NCBI GenBank assembly: GCA_918797485.1
Contig: CAKKNE010000003.1
Span: 3,968,001-4,032,000, forward strand
Length of the DNA stretch: 64,000 nt
Source of the DNA: Pelagomonas calceolata
Lineage: Eukaryota
Direction: 5' to 3'
Shown: positions 1 through 11,387 of the stretch, one piece after another
Layout of the letters: each line of letters opens with the position of its first letter
Numbering within the stretch: the first letter of the stretch is position 1
Notes under the pieces: model-generated
What the model was told of the DNA's origin: nothing
Database searches by the model: none
The model's input: only the letters and a program-made list of their open reading frames with translations
Program-made: the position numbers and the translations under genes

Positions 1-1
1 A

Positions 2-1063
2 GTGGTCGTGAATCGTCAGTTCAAGAAGGAGTTCTACGACGCACAGATACTCACGGGCCGAGCTTGCATGGCGTTGACGGGCCAGGACTGCGAGGCCTCC
101 GCCGCCGAGGCCCGGAAATGGTACAGGGTCTGTGCCGACATGCATGGCACGAGGGAAGCGTATTGCATGCTCGGCGGGATAGCGAACGAGGGCGGGGCGT
201 CGAGCGTGCTCGCCGAGATGGTGAGCCCCCTCGGCGACGCTGCCATCGACCTAGACGAGTCGGAGCGATGCCTCCGCGCCGCGATCGCCGCCGATAATTC
301 TCCTCCGGGGTCCTACCATTTGTTAGCGCCGCCGGACCACGCGCTCGACGCCGCGAAAGTTGATTTGGCCATGACGTTGGCCGATAAGGCCTGGTTCGAT
401 CCCGAGGGAACCAATGCGCCCTATCTTCTCGCCGAGGCGGGTATTCTCCTCGACGCGGTCCTGGATCACGACGAGGTCCCGAGTGTGCACGAGGTGCCGT
501 TCCGCTACCCGCGCCGCGAGGCGGCCACGCTGAAGGCGCAGATGATCCAGAAAGGGGACGTGGCGGGGACCCCGACCGACGTCCTGGCGCTCATCGAGGC
601 CATACCCCCGGACGAACGCGACGCGAACTGCGACTACCTGCTGGGCAAGATCTACATGAGGCTCGACGAAGAGACGCCGAACGACGAGCACGCGGCGCGC
701 GCCTTCCATCACATCCACCGCGCGTTCGACGCGGGCCACCCGCGCACGCCTTTCGAAATGGGGCAGCTCGCGGAGCGCGGCCGCGGCACCGACCTGAGCT
801 TGTCCAATGCCTACTTCATGTATCTGCGTAACGCGTTTCACGGCGGCGACGGGAACGAGCGCTCCATCGCGCGCCTCGCCGAAGACGCCGCGGCGGGGCC
901 GCCCTACCCTCCGGAGCTCATCGAGACGATGGAGGACTTCGACGAGCTGCGGGCGTATGCCGACGAAAACGACGGAACCCTGAACGTGGAGGAGGCATTT
1001 GCCTTTTTGGGCATTGGGGCACAGTCGTCTTCTGACGACGACACGTACGACGACAGTGATTGA
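2..1063 (+). CDS. SEL1-like repeat protein, 5'-partial (runs off window start)
   Basis: Open frame from window edge; SEL1-type helices (AEARKWYRVCA, YLLGKIY, FEMGQLAERGRGTDLSLSNAYFMY); acidic tail. Confidence 0.7.
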   Translation: MVVNRQFKKEFYDAQILTGRACMALTGQDCEASAAEARKWYRVCADMHGTREAYCMLGGIANEGGASSVLAEMVSPLGDAAIDLDESERCLRAAIAADNSPPGSYHLLAPPDHALDAAKVDLAMTLADKAWFDPEGTNAPYLLAEAGILLDAVLDHDEVPSVHEVPFRYPRREAATLKAQMIQKGDVAGTPTDVLALIEAIPPDERDANCDYLLGKIYMRLDEETPNDEHAARAFHHIHRAFDAGHPRTPFEMGQLAERGRGTDLSLSNAYFMYLRNAFHGGDGNERSIARLAEDAAAGPPYPPELIETMEDFDELRAYADENDGTLNVEEAFAFLGIGAQSSSDDDTYDDSD

Positions 1064-1083
1064 CTAACCACGATAACTAGATA

Positions 1084-2442
1084 TTACGACTTCGACGTCT
1101 CCCCCCAGTCCGCCCGCACCTGGACCTCGGGAAACATGAACGACTGCGTCGACCAGCCCGCGTCCCGCAACGCGGTCCGCAGCGCCTCGCGACCCGCCCG
1201 CGCCTTTGATAGACCCTCGGTGCCTATTCTGAGTGATCGAGCGCGCGCATGTAAAGCATCCAACAGCGCGTCGTCGGTGGCGCCGTCCCGCAAAACGATC
1301 GCACCGTCCAGCACCAGGAAATCGTCCGTCGACGCCAACGCCACGTGCCGGTCGAGCTCGTCGCGCGACATGCCAGACGCCGCGGTCATCAGCGGCCGCA
1401 GGACACTCGTTCGCGTCGTCCGTGGCCTTCTTAATATACGTTCCCGCCGCGCGATGTCCCGGGGCGAGGGGCAAACGCCACTCTCGACGTACTCGTCAAC
1501 CACTAAAGTTGCCCGCTCAAAGTTCAACTGGCGAAAAACCACACAAGCGATCTCGCGGTACATGGCCCCGATCTCCAGCAGCGAGAGCGACCCGTAGATC
1601 GCTAATAACATCCTCGGGTTCGCCTGCGTCGAAGCCACGCCCAACTTCTTCGAGGCGACGAGGCCGATCAACAAACCTACGAGATCGACGACCGCAATTT
1701 GCGCTTCTCCCTTCGCAGTAACGTCGCCGAGGTTGTTCGTGGTCTCCGTCGCCGCAAAACTTCGATAGATGGCGGACCGCGTCGCCGTCGAGGTCAGCAT
1801 GCTAACTTGCTTGAGGCAGTTCGCGACTGTTGCTAATAGCAAGAACAGTAGTGGAAACGCGAACGTCGCGATCTGCAGCCCGTTGCCCGTCGCATACAAC
1901 AAAGAAGATCGGAACCGCCATCTTTTAGCGTCGCCGTCGAACTCCCGACCCATCCTCGCCGCCCAGCCGAGGCGCGTCACTTTCCCCAATGCGTCTTTGA
2001 GGACCCAGTCTACGGCTGCGGCCGCGCCCACGACCGCACCGCCCGCCGCGACGGCCCGCGCATCTCTCAATCCCACAGCCATGACCATGGCCTGGACCCC
2101 AAAGACATTTACGGTGGCGCTCAGTAAACGTTGCACGCAGCGCCATCGGGTATAAGATACGTATTCCTCGTTGACCGCTACTGGTAAAAAGATCCTCCGC
2201 AAGTTTCGTCGCGTCGACGCGTAGGCCCTATCCCTCAAGCTGCCGGCGGCGCCGTCGTTCCTATCTCTGAGGTATTCGGCGGACCCGTCGGTGCACTCGA
2301 CTTGCTGGCGCGAGCCGTCGCTGTCGATCTGGACGAGGCAGGCGTGCTGCGGTGGTGCGCGTCTTCCTAGAAACGACCGCGGGGCCACCAATGCGGCCGC
2401 CCGCGCCGCGAGCCCCAACAGCAAGTGCTGCCTGAGGATCAT
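1084..2442 (-). CDS. RUS1/DUF647 (root UVB-sensitive) family protein, probably plastid-targeted
   Basis: Motifs WVLKDALGK, FDGDAKRWR, NLGDVTAKGEAQ, LNFERA typical of DUF647; N-terminal signal-like peptide. Confidence 0.85.
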   Translation of the reverse strand: MILRQHLLLGLAARAAALVAPRSFLGRRAPPQHACLVQIDSDGSRQQVECTDGSAEYLRDRNDGAAGSLRDRAYASTRRNLRRIFLPVAVNEEYVSYTRWRCVQRLLSATVNVFGVQAMVMAVGLRDARAVAAGGAVVGAAAAVDWVLKDALGKVTRLGWAARMGREFDGDAKRWRFRSSLLYATGNGLQIATFAFPLLFLLLATVANCLKQVSMLTSTATRSAIYRSFAATETTNNLGDVTAKGEAQIAVVDLVGLLIGLVASKKLGVASTQANPRMLLAIYGSLSLLEIGAMYREIACVVFRQLNFERATLVVDEYVESGVCPSPRDIARRERILRRPRTTRTSVLRPLMTAASGMSRDELDRHVALASTDDFLVLDGAIVLRDGATDDALLDALHARARSLRIGTEGLSKARAGREALRTALRDAGWSTQSFMFPEVQVRADWGETSKS

Positions 2443-3138
2443 GGCTTACGGCGCAGCGGTCGTACGAGCGCAGGTCTCGAGCGCAGCAGCGGCGCAAAAT
2501 AGAGTCGTGCGGTAATCTGTGCAGCGCTGCGGTCTGATGTTGACTATACGGCTGGATTGCGATGGCTCCTATGCACCTCGCCGGCGGCAAAGGATTGATT
2601 TTGGAGTCGCCGCAGAGTTCCACGCGCGACGGCTCGCGCCCGGAGGCGTCGGCGAAGACGGGTGCGCTGCGCCGCGGCGTCCAAAGGCGGGAGACGCACC
2701 GCGCGCGTTCCCGTCGGGACCGCGGCCCTGCAGCGCAAGGGCCGGAGCGCCGCGGGAGCCGTCCCGCGGGACCCCGTGGTCTGGCGTCGCGGGGGTAATC
2801 TGTGCGGCTCCGCGTGGAGCAACTTGCGCTCAGTTTGCCGTGAGGCCCAGACCTGCCGCACATGCGGCACAGGGCAGCAAGCTCCACCGGAAGATAGTTA
2901 TATCTGGCCCCATCGTTGTCTGCGCGTCACACGGCTGCAAACCTGCACGGCTGCACCGATTCCTGTCGCCGCGCGCGCCGCACGCAGCGCACAGACCAGG
3001 TTCGCCTCACTGCTCTCACTGCCAGAGCTCTGCGACGCGGCACCCGCTGCGCGCGTGAAGCAAAAGAAGGAGTGCCTGGGCCCCGCCGCGGAGAACCACG
3101 CTGCCAGAAGGGAAAACGGCCGGCGGTGAAAAGGGACG

Positions 3139-4215
3139 ATGGCGCAAGTGCTCAAGCCCCCCGCGCGCCGCCGCAGTCCCTCCTCAGAACAATTTAAGAA
3201 AGATGCGGACCAGAGCCGCATGCTCCAGGCGCCCGCGCGCCGCCGCAGCGCCTCGTTCGAAAAGCCGGACTTGCCTCCGAGAACGCCAAGCAAAGCCGAG
3301 CTGCGAGAACTGGCCGAACGCGACTGGCGCCTCGAGGTCGTCCTGGCCACTTGTGTAGCAATCGCTCTCGGACTGGCCATCTTCCGGGACATGTACATTG
3401 GTGGGTTGGGAAGTTCGAACGGGAGGATTGTGTCCTTCCTGGCCTCGCTCAACGGCTGCGCCGGTTTTAGGAGACAGAAGAAAGCGGTACGAGCCCACAA
3501 AGCGCGGACCACAGAAAAGTTCCGGCGGCTCGAGTCGCTGCACCTCGCCGCGCCGAGTCCCCCTCGCCACAAGGTCCAACTCATGTGCATCGCTTTTAGT
3601 AACAAGTTCGCAACCCAGAGCATCGGGTCGTTGCTCGTCGGCGCGACTCCCGTGATCTTGAAGGGCTGGCGCCACGTGAGCAGCTGGTTTTTGGCCTTCG
3701 CGCTCGTCCAGATCGCGCCGAGGGATGTGGTCTACGACGCTCTCACGAGACATGTGTTTCTTGCGTTTGTGGTGAAAGTCGGCGCCGCGCTGTACAAGCT
3801 CCGCAAATTTAATTTTGTGGTGTCGGCGTGTCCTCATTGCTCCCTGCAGTTCCTGCTGATGGTCATGCTTGTCACAATAGACGGCAACAACGCGTGTAGT
3901 CGGTGCATGACCTGGCTCTGGATGCGCGGGACCGCCAATACGAAACGGAAGCACATTCTGAGAGGGATCGGAGCGTTCGCGGCGCGGTCGGGGCCCGTGC
4001 TGCTGGCCGCAGCCTTCATCAGAACAACGCGCTCGTGCAAGGACAAGTATGGGAAATTACTGGTGCTCGTCGTGTTTCTCCATAGAAATGGCTGCGCGGG
4101 GTTGTTGCTGCGGACGGCGCGGACGGCGCGAAGAGGTATGGATAGCCCGTCCTACGTCGGCGAGGCGTTCCCCGTGCGGAGGAGCCCGCGGCTGCGCGGG
4201 GAGAAGGTGGATTAA
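3139..4215 (+). CDS. Hypothetical multi-pass membrane protein
   Basis: 358-aa ATG ORF with several hydrophobic segments; duplicated N-terminal PARRRS motif; fits gene spacing. Confidence 0.55.
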   Translation: MAQVLKPPARRRSPSSEQFKKDADQSRMLQAPARRRSASFEKPDLPPRTPSKAELRELAERDWRLEVVLATCVAIALGLAIFRDMYIGGLGSSNGRIVSFLASLNGCAGFRRQKKAVRAHKARTTEKFRRLESLHLAAPSPPRHKVQLMCIAFSNKFATQSIGSLLVGATPVILKGWRHVSSWFLAFALVQIAPRDVVYDALTRHVFLAFVVKVGAALYKLRKFNFVVSACPHCSLQFLLMVMLVTIDGNNACSRCMTWLWMRGTANTKRKHILRGIGAFAARSGPVLLAAAFIRTTRSCKDKYGKLLVLVVFLHRNGCAGLLLRTARTARRGMDSPSYVGEAFPVRRSPRLRGEKVD

Positions 4216-4237
4216 CTTGTTGTTTTACACTATCACA

Positions 4238-4996
4238 TCACTCGGGCGTCGGCAGCAGCTTCTGGAGCGCTCCTAATAAACGCAGCTGCAGCGACCCCTT
4301 GAAGGGCTGGCACTCCGGGAAGGGCAGGGGGTTGCCCGTGCCCCAGAAGTAGCCGAAGGCCCCGCCTAGTCCTCCGGTATTTCCTGCGGTCCGATCTATC
4401 ACGTACCCCACGGTAAACAGCTCGACCTGGCCGTCTTCATTGAACGTCATGCTCAGCGCCTCCGGCGGTAGTTCTAGCGCCTTGCCCGTCGCCGCCGCGC
4501 CCATGAGCTCGCCCGTGTGCGTCGCCTTGGCCCTCGTTTGAAACCAGACCCGATTCGGTTCAAACACGTCCACCCGGAACGCGTGGTAGCGGTTGTTCAA
4601 GTTCGGAAAGGCCTTTAACAGATCGAAGGATCTGAGAGATGCGAGGAACTCCGCTTTCGTGAAGCCGATCTTCTCGCCCGTCGTCGACGTGGCCCCTCCC
4701 ACGAACGGCGCCACAAATCTAAAATTGTCGGCGTATATACTATCATCAAAAACGGCCGGGTCCTGGAGGTTCTGGTTTTTGACGATGACCTCTTTGGCTC
4801 TTGCTATCAAGTCGTCGGGGGCGATGGGGAAGCCCGTGCGGTCGCGGTTCGCTTGTAATGTCGCGGCCTCGTCGACGAAGCCGTACTGGTCCGTGACTTC
4901 GAGCAAGGCGCGCAGCGTGTGCGGTCGTCGCAGCGGCGTCGCGTGCTGGAACGAGCCGGCTAGGGAGAGCAGGGCTGCTAATGAGAGCGTGCGCAT
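4238..4996 (-). CDS. SnoaL/NTF2-like fold protein with signal/plastid presequence
   Basis: MRTLSLAALLSLAGSF presequence; FRVDVFEPNRVWF..ATHTG, GNTGGLGGAFG motifs seen in algal SnoaL-like proteins. Confidence 0.7.
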   Translation of the reverse strand: MRTLSLAALLSLAGSFQHATPLRRPHTLRALLEVTDQYGFVDEAATLQANRDRTGFPIAPDDLIARAKEVIVKNQNLQDPAVFDDSIYADNFRFVAPFVGGATSTTGEKIGFTKAEFLASLRSFDLLKAFPNLNNRYHAFRVDVFEPNRVWFQTRAKATHTGELMGAAATGKALELPPEALSMTFNEDGQVELFTVGYVIDRTAGNTGGLGGAFGYFWGTGNPLPFPECQPFKGSLQLRLLGALQKLLPTPE

Positions 4997-5594
4997 TGTT
5001 ATCGCTCTTCAAACTCGCACTGATGGTTGGGATTGCTTTCGCACGAGTCGTGAAGCCGCTCAAAGTCAGCTGTGCGGCACCTTGCGTCCTATGCTGGCAG
5101 CGTCAATGCCCAGTGTGCTGGAGGCTGATTTGTGACAGGGTCGCACGGCCCACGATTGGCACGGACGGGTCGTCAACCAGTCCCGGCATTGCTCTATCTC
5201 GCCCAGTGCCGGCGTCTGTCCTGACCCAAGCTAGCGTAACTCTGTCTCTAGCAAGCCATTCAAAATCGGTCTGCGGTGAGATCACCGGCGTTCAAGCGCT
5301 CGCTGGACGTAAAACTGGACGCCGCGCGGCTGTGAGGAGCTCACATTTAGGCTGATCTCGTAGCACAGCTGAAGAAACCGCGCGCCGCCGCGTCTGTGAG
5401 CCGTAAGACACCGCGCGCTCTGCGAGAGGGAACGCCGCGCGCGCGCCCTGACGCCCGCGCCGCGGCACAGCTAGACGCCCAGCCGCAGCGCGCGCACCAA
5501 CGCCATTGCACAAACGCGCGCGCGCGCTGAGACACGCACCGTGAGCCACGCACCGCCGCCGCAAACGCCCGACACACCGACGCAGGCCACAAAG

Positions 5595-8500
5595 ATGGAG
5601 CGCGCCCGCCGCACGGGCACGAAGAAGCAGTCCCGCGAGGCCGTGCGAGCGGCACTGCGCGCGGCCAGAGAGGGCGGCGCCGCAAGATCCGACCAGTGGG
5701 AGGCGAAGGAGGAAAAAGATGTGTACGAACAAGTAACGGAGCAGGAGTACGCCGACCTCGTGCGGAAGCGCCGCCAGAACGAGGACTTCGTCGTCGACGA
5801 CGACGGCCTCGGCTATTTTGACGACGGCGAGGAGCACTTCGGCGAGGACGTCGCGGAAGGCCTCGAGGAGGCCGCTCCCAAACAAAGAGGTGTGGTCCAC
5901 GCGCGGTCGAAGGACGCCGTGCGGAAGGCTAGAAAGTTGAAAGAAGCGCGCGCGGAGGGCGAGGAGCGCCAGACGACGAAGATGACGCAGTTCCTCGGCG
6001 GTGATGGAGAGAAGAAGGCGCCGAAGAAGCCCGTCGCCGCCGTGAAGCAACTAGACGCCTTCGAGTCGTTAATTGATGGGTTGGGGAGCGGTGCCGTGAC
6101 TGAACGGAAGTCCGTGGACCTGGGCGGCGGCCTCGGCTTCGCGAACGAGGCGCCGAGCGGCCCCAAAGTAGCGCCGACACCTAGACGCATGACCTACGAC
6201 GAGGTCAGCCCGATGCCGTTGTGGTCGGCTGGTGTGGATCTGGAAGCATCAATTGGAGGTGGTGGTGATGACATGGGCATGGGATTTGGGATGGCCGACG
6301 ATGATGTACCGGCCGCGTTGCCGGCGGCCCTGCCTTCCACCAAGGACGCCCCTCTGCCGCTCAAGGCGACCGCGGCCCCCAAGAAGAAGAGCCGCTTCTC
6401 GAAGAACGACGTCGTGGTCGAGGCGTCGACGGCCGCTCAGACGGCCATGGCCATGGACGTCCGCGCCCGCGTCCCTTGAGTCACGCGTCGACGGCGCCGA
6501 GGGCTCGGCACGCCATCGCCGCGACGCTCACGGGTCTCAACAACACAGGTCGACAAGCCCGCCGCGACCGAGGCCGCTCCCCAATTACCGGAGCGCATGG
6601 ATGTGGATGAAAGCGCCCCTCAAGCGGACCCGAATTATGGTGGCGGGAGTACGGTCGACAAGCTCGAGGAGACGGAGTGGCTGCGGGATTCCGAGGGCAA
6701 GCACTGCTGGCTCTACTGGCTCGATTGTGTGGAACAGTCTGGCTCTGTATACTTGCTCGGGAAGATCCGACTCGAAGGGGAGCAAGATAGATATGCCTCA
6801 GCTTGCTGCGTCGTGCGGAACGTCGAGCGGAGCTTCTTCATCTTGCCTCGAGTCGATTCCGAGACCGGTAGCCGTTACGGCATGAAGGACGTCTGGGAGG
6901 AGGCGCGGTCGGAATTGGTCCCGCGGTGCGTCCCCAAGTCCGAGCCCTTCAAGTGCAAGGGCGTCAAGCGCGGCTACGCCTTCGGCGACGACGACGTGCC
7001 CCGCGACGCCGACACGGAGTACCTGAAGGTCAAATATTCGGCCAAGAATCGGGCGCCGCCGGTCTCGTTGTGTAAACGAGGCGGCCGGTGCATCGAGAAG
7101 ATCCTCGGGGCCGGTTCCACACCTCTAGAACAATTCTTGATCAAGCGCAAGCTCATGGGGCCCTGCTGGGTGCGCATCGACGCGCCGGTGCAGCGCGACT
7201 CGAAGGTCTCGTGGTGCGTTTTGGAGGTCGAAGTGTCCGACGCGAAGAAAATAACCGTCGCGCGGGACTGCCCTTACTCGGCGCCTCCTCTCGTTTGTAC
7301 GACGCTCAGTGTCAAGACTGCCGTGAACCCCAAGAGCCATCAGCACGAGATCGTCGCGGTGGCGGCGCTCACTCACAGAGGTGTTGCCGTCGACGGGGCC
7401 ACTCCCGATGGAGGAAGGGGGGAAGATGCCCGGTTGTTCCAGCATTCCACCGAGAAGCAGGAGGCCGGGAGTCGCAGATGGACCTGCGTCGCGGCGCGGC
7501 CGCTCGGTGCGGAGATCGCCGGCGCGCAAGATACACCGTTGGATCCGAAGCTGCCTAGAGATCTCCACGGCGAGCTGAAGAAACCTACGCATGGTTTTTT
7601 AGCTGATAGAGGGACCGTCACGGTCGCACCCAACGAACGGGCACTCATCTCCGTGTTATTGGCGCGCTTGCAACGGGACGACCCGGACGTGCTCTGCGGG
7701 CACAACATCCTCGGCTTCGAGCTCGACGTCCTGTTAGCGCGAGCCCTGGCCCTCAAGGTGGGCAACGCCTGGTCGAAAGTAGGGAGGCTCAAGCGCAACA
7801 AGCCGCCTCATCGGTGGAAGGCCGCGTCGGGCCGGGACACGTTCCACGCGTCGGCCACTTCGGGGAGACTGATCTGCGACACTTATTTAGCCGCCAGAGA
7901 ACACTTAAGAGGGGCCACGACCTACGCGTTGGCGGCATTGGCTCAGACGCAGCTCGGTGTGCGAGGCCGCCGATCGCTGGAGCCGCGGGAAGTAGCTCAA
8001 CTCCTAGGAAGCGGCTCCCAGAACGTCTGTGGACTCCTGAGGCACGCCGCCGAGGACTGCCGGTTAGTAGAACGACTCGCATTACGTTTGCAGGTGCTCC
8101 CGCTGTCCAAACAACTTACAGCGATCTCGGGAAACCTACTAGCGCACACGTTGAAGGGCAAGCGCGCGGAACGCATCGAGTACCTCTTGTTACATGAGTT
8201 CCACCGCATGAAGTACCTCGCGCCCGAGAAGCAGCGGTATGATGCTGATGATGACGACGACGTCCGTGACTCAGCGTCCTTACGCCATCGACGCGACTCG
8301 TGCGGGGTCTCATGATTCGTTCACCACAGGTCGACCACAACAAGAAGAAGCGCAAGAAGACGGACCCGCACAAGCGCCAGAAGGCCGCGTATTCCGGCGG
8401 ACTTGTGTTGGAACCCAAAAAAGGGTTCTACGACAGCCACGTGCTACTGTTGGACTTCGCGTCGCTCTACCCTTCCATTATTCAGGAGTACGACCTCTGC

Positions 8501-10390
8501 TTTACCACTGTTGATTGGGCCCCCGTCGCCAAGCGCATGGAGGCCCGCGCGAACGGCGAGAGCGACGCGAAGAAGGCGAGGACCGAGGACGACGAGGTCG
8601 TCGAGGAGGCCGCGGAGGAGCTGCCGCCCTTACCTGATAGAGGCGACGGGGCCAAGGGAGTCCTGCCGCGCGTGCTCAAGAACATCATCTCGAAGCGGCG
8701 CGAGGTCAAGGGCCTGCTCAAAAAGGAGAAGAACGTGAAAAAACGGGAGACGTACGAGATCCGCCAGATGGCGCTGAAACTGACGGCGAACTCCATGTAC
8801 GGCTGTCTGGGTTTTTCCCATTCTAGATTCTACGCCAAACCGCTGGCCGCGCTCGTGACGTCGTTAGGTAGAGATACTTTACAAGCTACTGCTGACGTCG
8901 CCGAGAAGGAGTTAGGCCTCGAAGTCATTTACGGCGACACGGACAGTATCATGATCAACACGAGGACCGACGACCTCGCCGTCGTCAAGGACCTCGGTCT
9001 CAAGGTGAAGAAGGCCGTCAACAAGCGCTACCGGTTACTAGAACTCGAGCTCGACGGCATCTTCAAGACGATGCTCCTCCTCAAGAAGAAGAAATATGCT
9101 GCATTAGTTGTCAATGAAGATCCCAGAACCGGGGCCGTCAGCCTACACAAAGAAACTAAAGGCCTCGACATGGTGCGCCGCGACTGGTGCCCGCTGTCGA
9201 AGCGGACCGGTGCTAGAGTACTGGATTTCTTGCTGAGCGGTGATCAAGCGGACGTGGTGGTCGCGAACGTCCACAAGGTCCTGGAGGACGTCGGCAAGGA
9301 GGCGCGGGAGGGCCGCGTGTCCGTGGCCGATTATGTAGTTACAAGAGGCCTCAACAAGCCGGTGGAAAAATATCCCGACTCCAAGGCCCAGCCGCATTTG
9401 AGGGTCGCCAAGGCCATGCTCAAGGAGGGCCGGGCGGTCAACGTCGGCGACCACATTCCGTACGTCATCTGTCTGGATGAAAACGGCAACTCGTCGAACA
9501 AGGGCGTCGCCGAGCGGACCGTGCATCCCGACCACGTCGACCCCGACACGACGGCCGTGGACAAGCGGCCCGGCATGGAGAAGGAAGGGGCTCCCGCGGT
9601 CGTCACGCCCGGCGGGCCTACACCGAAGCCCAAGGTCGACGTCGAGTGGTACCTCGCGCAGCAGATCCTGCCGCCCATCGCGCGGTTATGTGAGCCCATC
9701 GCTGGGATGAGCAAGGCGTCCATCGCCGACCGCCTCGGCCTCGACGCTCGCAAGTTCGAGCAGCACATGGCTCGAAGCCAGCAGGCGCTGGCGGAAGCCG
9801 AGGGCCGCACGGCGGCGTTCGTCCCGATGGCGGTCCAGTCAGATGAACAAAGATTTGGGGACTGCGCTCCGGTTCTGGTCGAGTGCGCGGCTTGCGGCGT
9901 GACGAAGCCGCTGACGCTGTGGCCGAAGCGTTCCGAAGATTGTGCTGATGAGGCGCCGCCTGCTCTGAAGTGCCCGTCGTGCCAAGCGCGACTATTGGGG
10001 CACAAGTCGGCCGCGTCGTGCTTCTCTCGTCTCAGTGTCGCGTTACAGTTAGCTACCCGCGGCGCTTTGAAGAGATACTACGAGGGCTGGATGGTCTGCG
10101 ACGACTCGGCTTGCGGCGCGCGGACGCGGCAGCTGTCCGGCGCGGGCCCGCGGTGCCTCCGTAGAGGTTGCCGCGGCCGCATGGTCGCCGAGGAGAGCGA
10201 GAAGCGCATCTACACGCAGCTCTGCTACCAGAAGGCTTTATTTGCTGCTGATAGAGTCGCGTGCGCCCAGAACTCGGACGAGGCCGAGGTCTGCGCGTTC
10301 CTGGAGCGCCAGGTCGCGCAGGACGTGGAAGCTTCCGCCTACAACTTCGTGCGGCCGAGCATCTTCGCGGTCTTCGGCAAGTACGAGTGA
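5595..10390 (+). CDS. POLA1: DNA polymerase alpha catalytic subunit; exons 5595-6458, 6549-8261, 8330-10390
   Basis: N-terminal [16 protein letters not shown]-family motifs [29 protein letters not shown]-terminal Zn fingers; two GT-AG introns restore one frame. Confidence 0.95.
6459..6548 (+). other. Spliceosomal intron 1 of POLA1 (90 nt, GT-AG)
   Basis: GAC|gtccgcgc...caacacag|GTC; removes an in-frame TGA and keeps frame. Confidence 0.85.
8262..8329 (+). other. Spliceosomal intron 2 of POLA1 (68 nt, GT-AG)
   Basis: GAC|gtccgtga...caccacag|GTC; resolves the frame change between ORFs 6597 and 8300. Confidence 0.9.
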
Positions 10391-10436
10391 GTAGGCGCTC
10401 CCTTGCCCCCGCCTAAGAGGGTTTATTATTAGCAAT

Positions 10437-11111
10437 TTACGACCGGCGGCGCTTGCGGACGCGCGCGGCGACACTGTTCGGGTCCGGTGCTGGCGTTTTG
10501 CGACGCTTGCGAATGCGCGCGGCGACGGTGTCCGGGTTTGGTGCGGGCGTTCTGGCGGCTCGCGGCGGCTCGCCGAGGCGCGCGTCGACGGCGTGCAACA
10601 TGAGAGTAAGAAAATATCCATGCAAACCGAAGTGCGCACGTCTCCAGGCCGGGCGGGACGTCCAGTCCCACGGGATGGCGAGGAGGCCCTCCTCCTGCGT
10701 GTCGGAGAAGAGGCGCATCTTGCAGCAGAGGCGTAGGTGCCGGGACGGGATGCCGCAGGCCCGTGCCACTTTCTCGCGATAGTAGGAGAGGTGTGGTTCG
10801 AAACCGATTTTCATCGATCCGTAGACACCCCACTCTACGTGAACTTCGGGACACATTCGCATATGGAGAGTAACGGTAGCTTCTCTCCGGATCTTATAGT
10901 CTGCCAAAGTATTATTCCTTCTCCTCGAGCTGTGCGGCAAAGATTCGGGCCCCTTATCCTCGAGCTGCTTGCCCGCGAAGATGAGTCGCTGCAGCGTGGA
11001 CCGGATGCCCGTCCGGTCTTGCACGCGATGCTTGAGCGTCAGAACCGTATCCTCCGGCTCGATGTCGATGGTGTATGTGTTCCACCCGAGTCCTCTGACG
11101 AAAATTTGCAT
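10437..11111 (-). CDS. Ubiquitin-like domain protein with basic C-terminal repeats
   Basis: MQIFVR..TYTIDIEPEDTVLTLK..QRLIFAGKQLED..TLADYKI; no diGly after the UBL domain. Confidence 0.8.
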   Translation of the reverse strand: MQIFVRGLGWNTYTIDIEPEDTVLTLKHRVQDRTGIRSTLQRLIFAGKQLEDKGPESLPHSSRRRNNTLADYKIRREATVTLHMRMCPEVHVEWGVYGSMKIGFEPHLSYYREKVARACGIPSRHLRLCCKMRLFSDTQEEGLLAIPWDWTSRPAWRRAHFGLHGYFLTLMLHAVDARLGEPPRAARTPAPNPDTVAARIRKRRKTPAPDPNSVAARVRKRRRS

Positions 11112-11300
11112 GGCTGCTCAGGGCCGCAGGCTTTGTGGCCTCTCTGAGAAGTCCTCTCAGGACTCAGGAGAGCCAAATATCGGCCCAATCGCCTAATGGA
11201 TCGCGGCGCGTCGTCGACGCGTTGGCCGGGTCTTCGCGCTAGGCCCCAGGCGGCGACCACCCGCGCGAGCACCGCTACACAACTTGCCCTGGGCAAGCTA

Positions 11301-11324
11301 GCTAGCGGCTTGTAAGACACTAGC
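11301..11324. promoter_or_regulatory. Conserved upstream motif GCTAGCG-N4-TAAGACACTAGC
   Basis: gctagcggcttgtaagacactagc, ~190 bp upstream of the UBL gene; one of at least 12 copies. Confidence 0.6.
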
Positions 11325-11387
11325 AAGCGCGACGCCATCGACGCGGCGACGCCGCGGTAAGATTAAGGCCCTCTTAGCCCCCCCAAA

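Noticed and set aside
2519..3129. Overlapping 80-200 aa ORFs and GC hairpins between the RUS1-like gene and 3139
   Set aside because: No coding-like composition or motif; consistent with GC-rich divergent promoter/UTR sequence
5595..10390. Family-B polymerase as a viral or Polinton marker
   Set aside because: It has the Pol alpha N-terminal motif and C-terminal Zn fingers, host-type introns, and no viral neighbours
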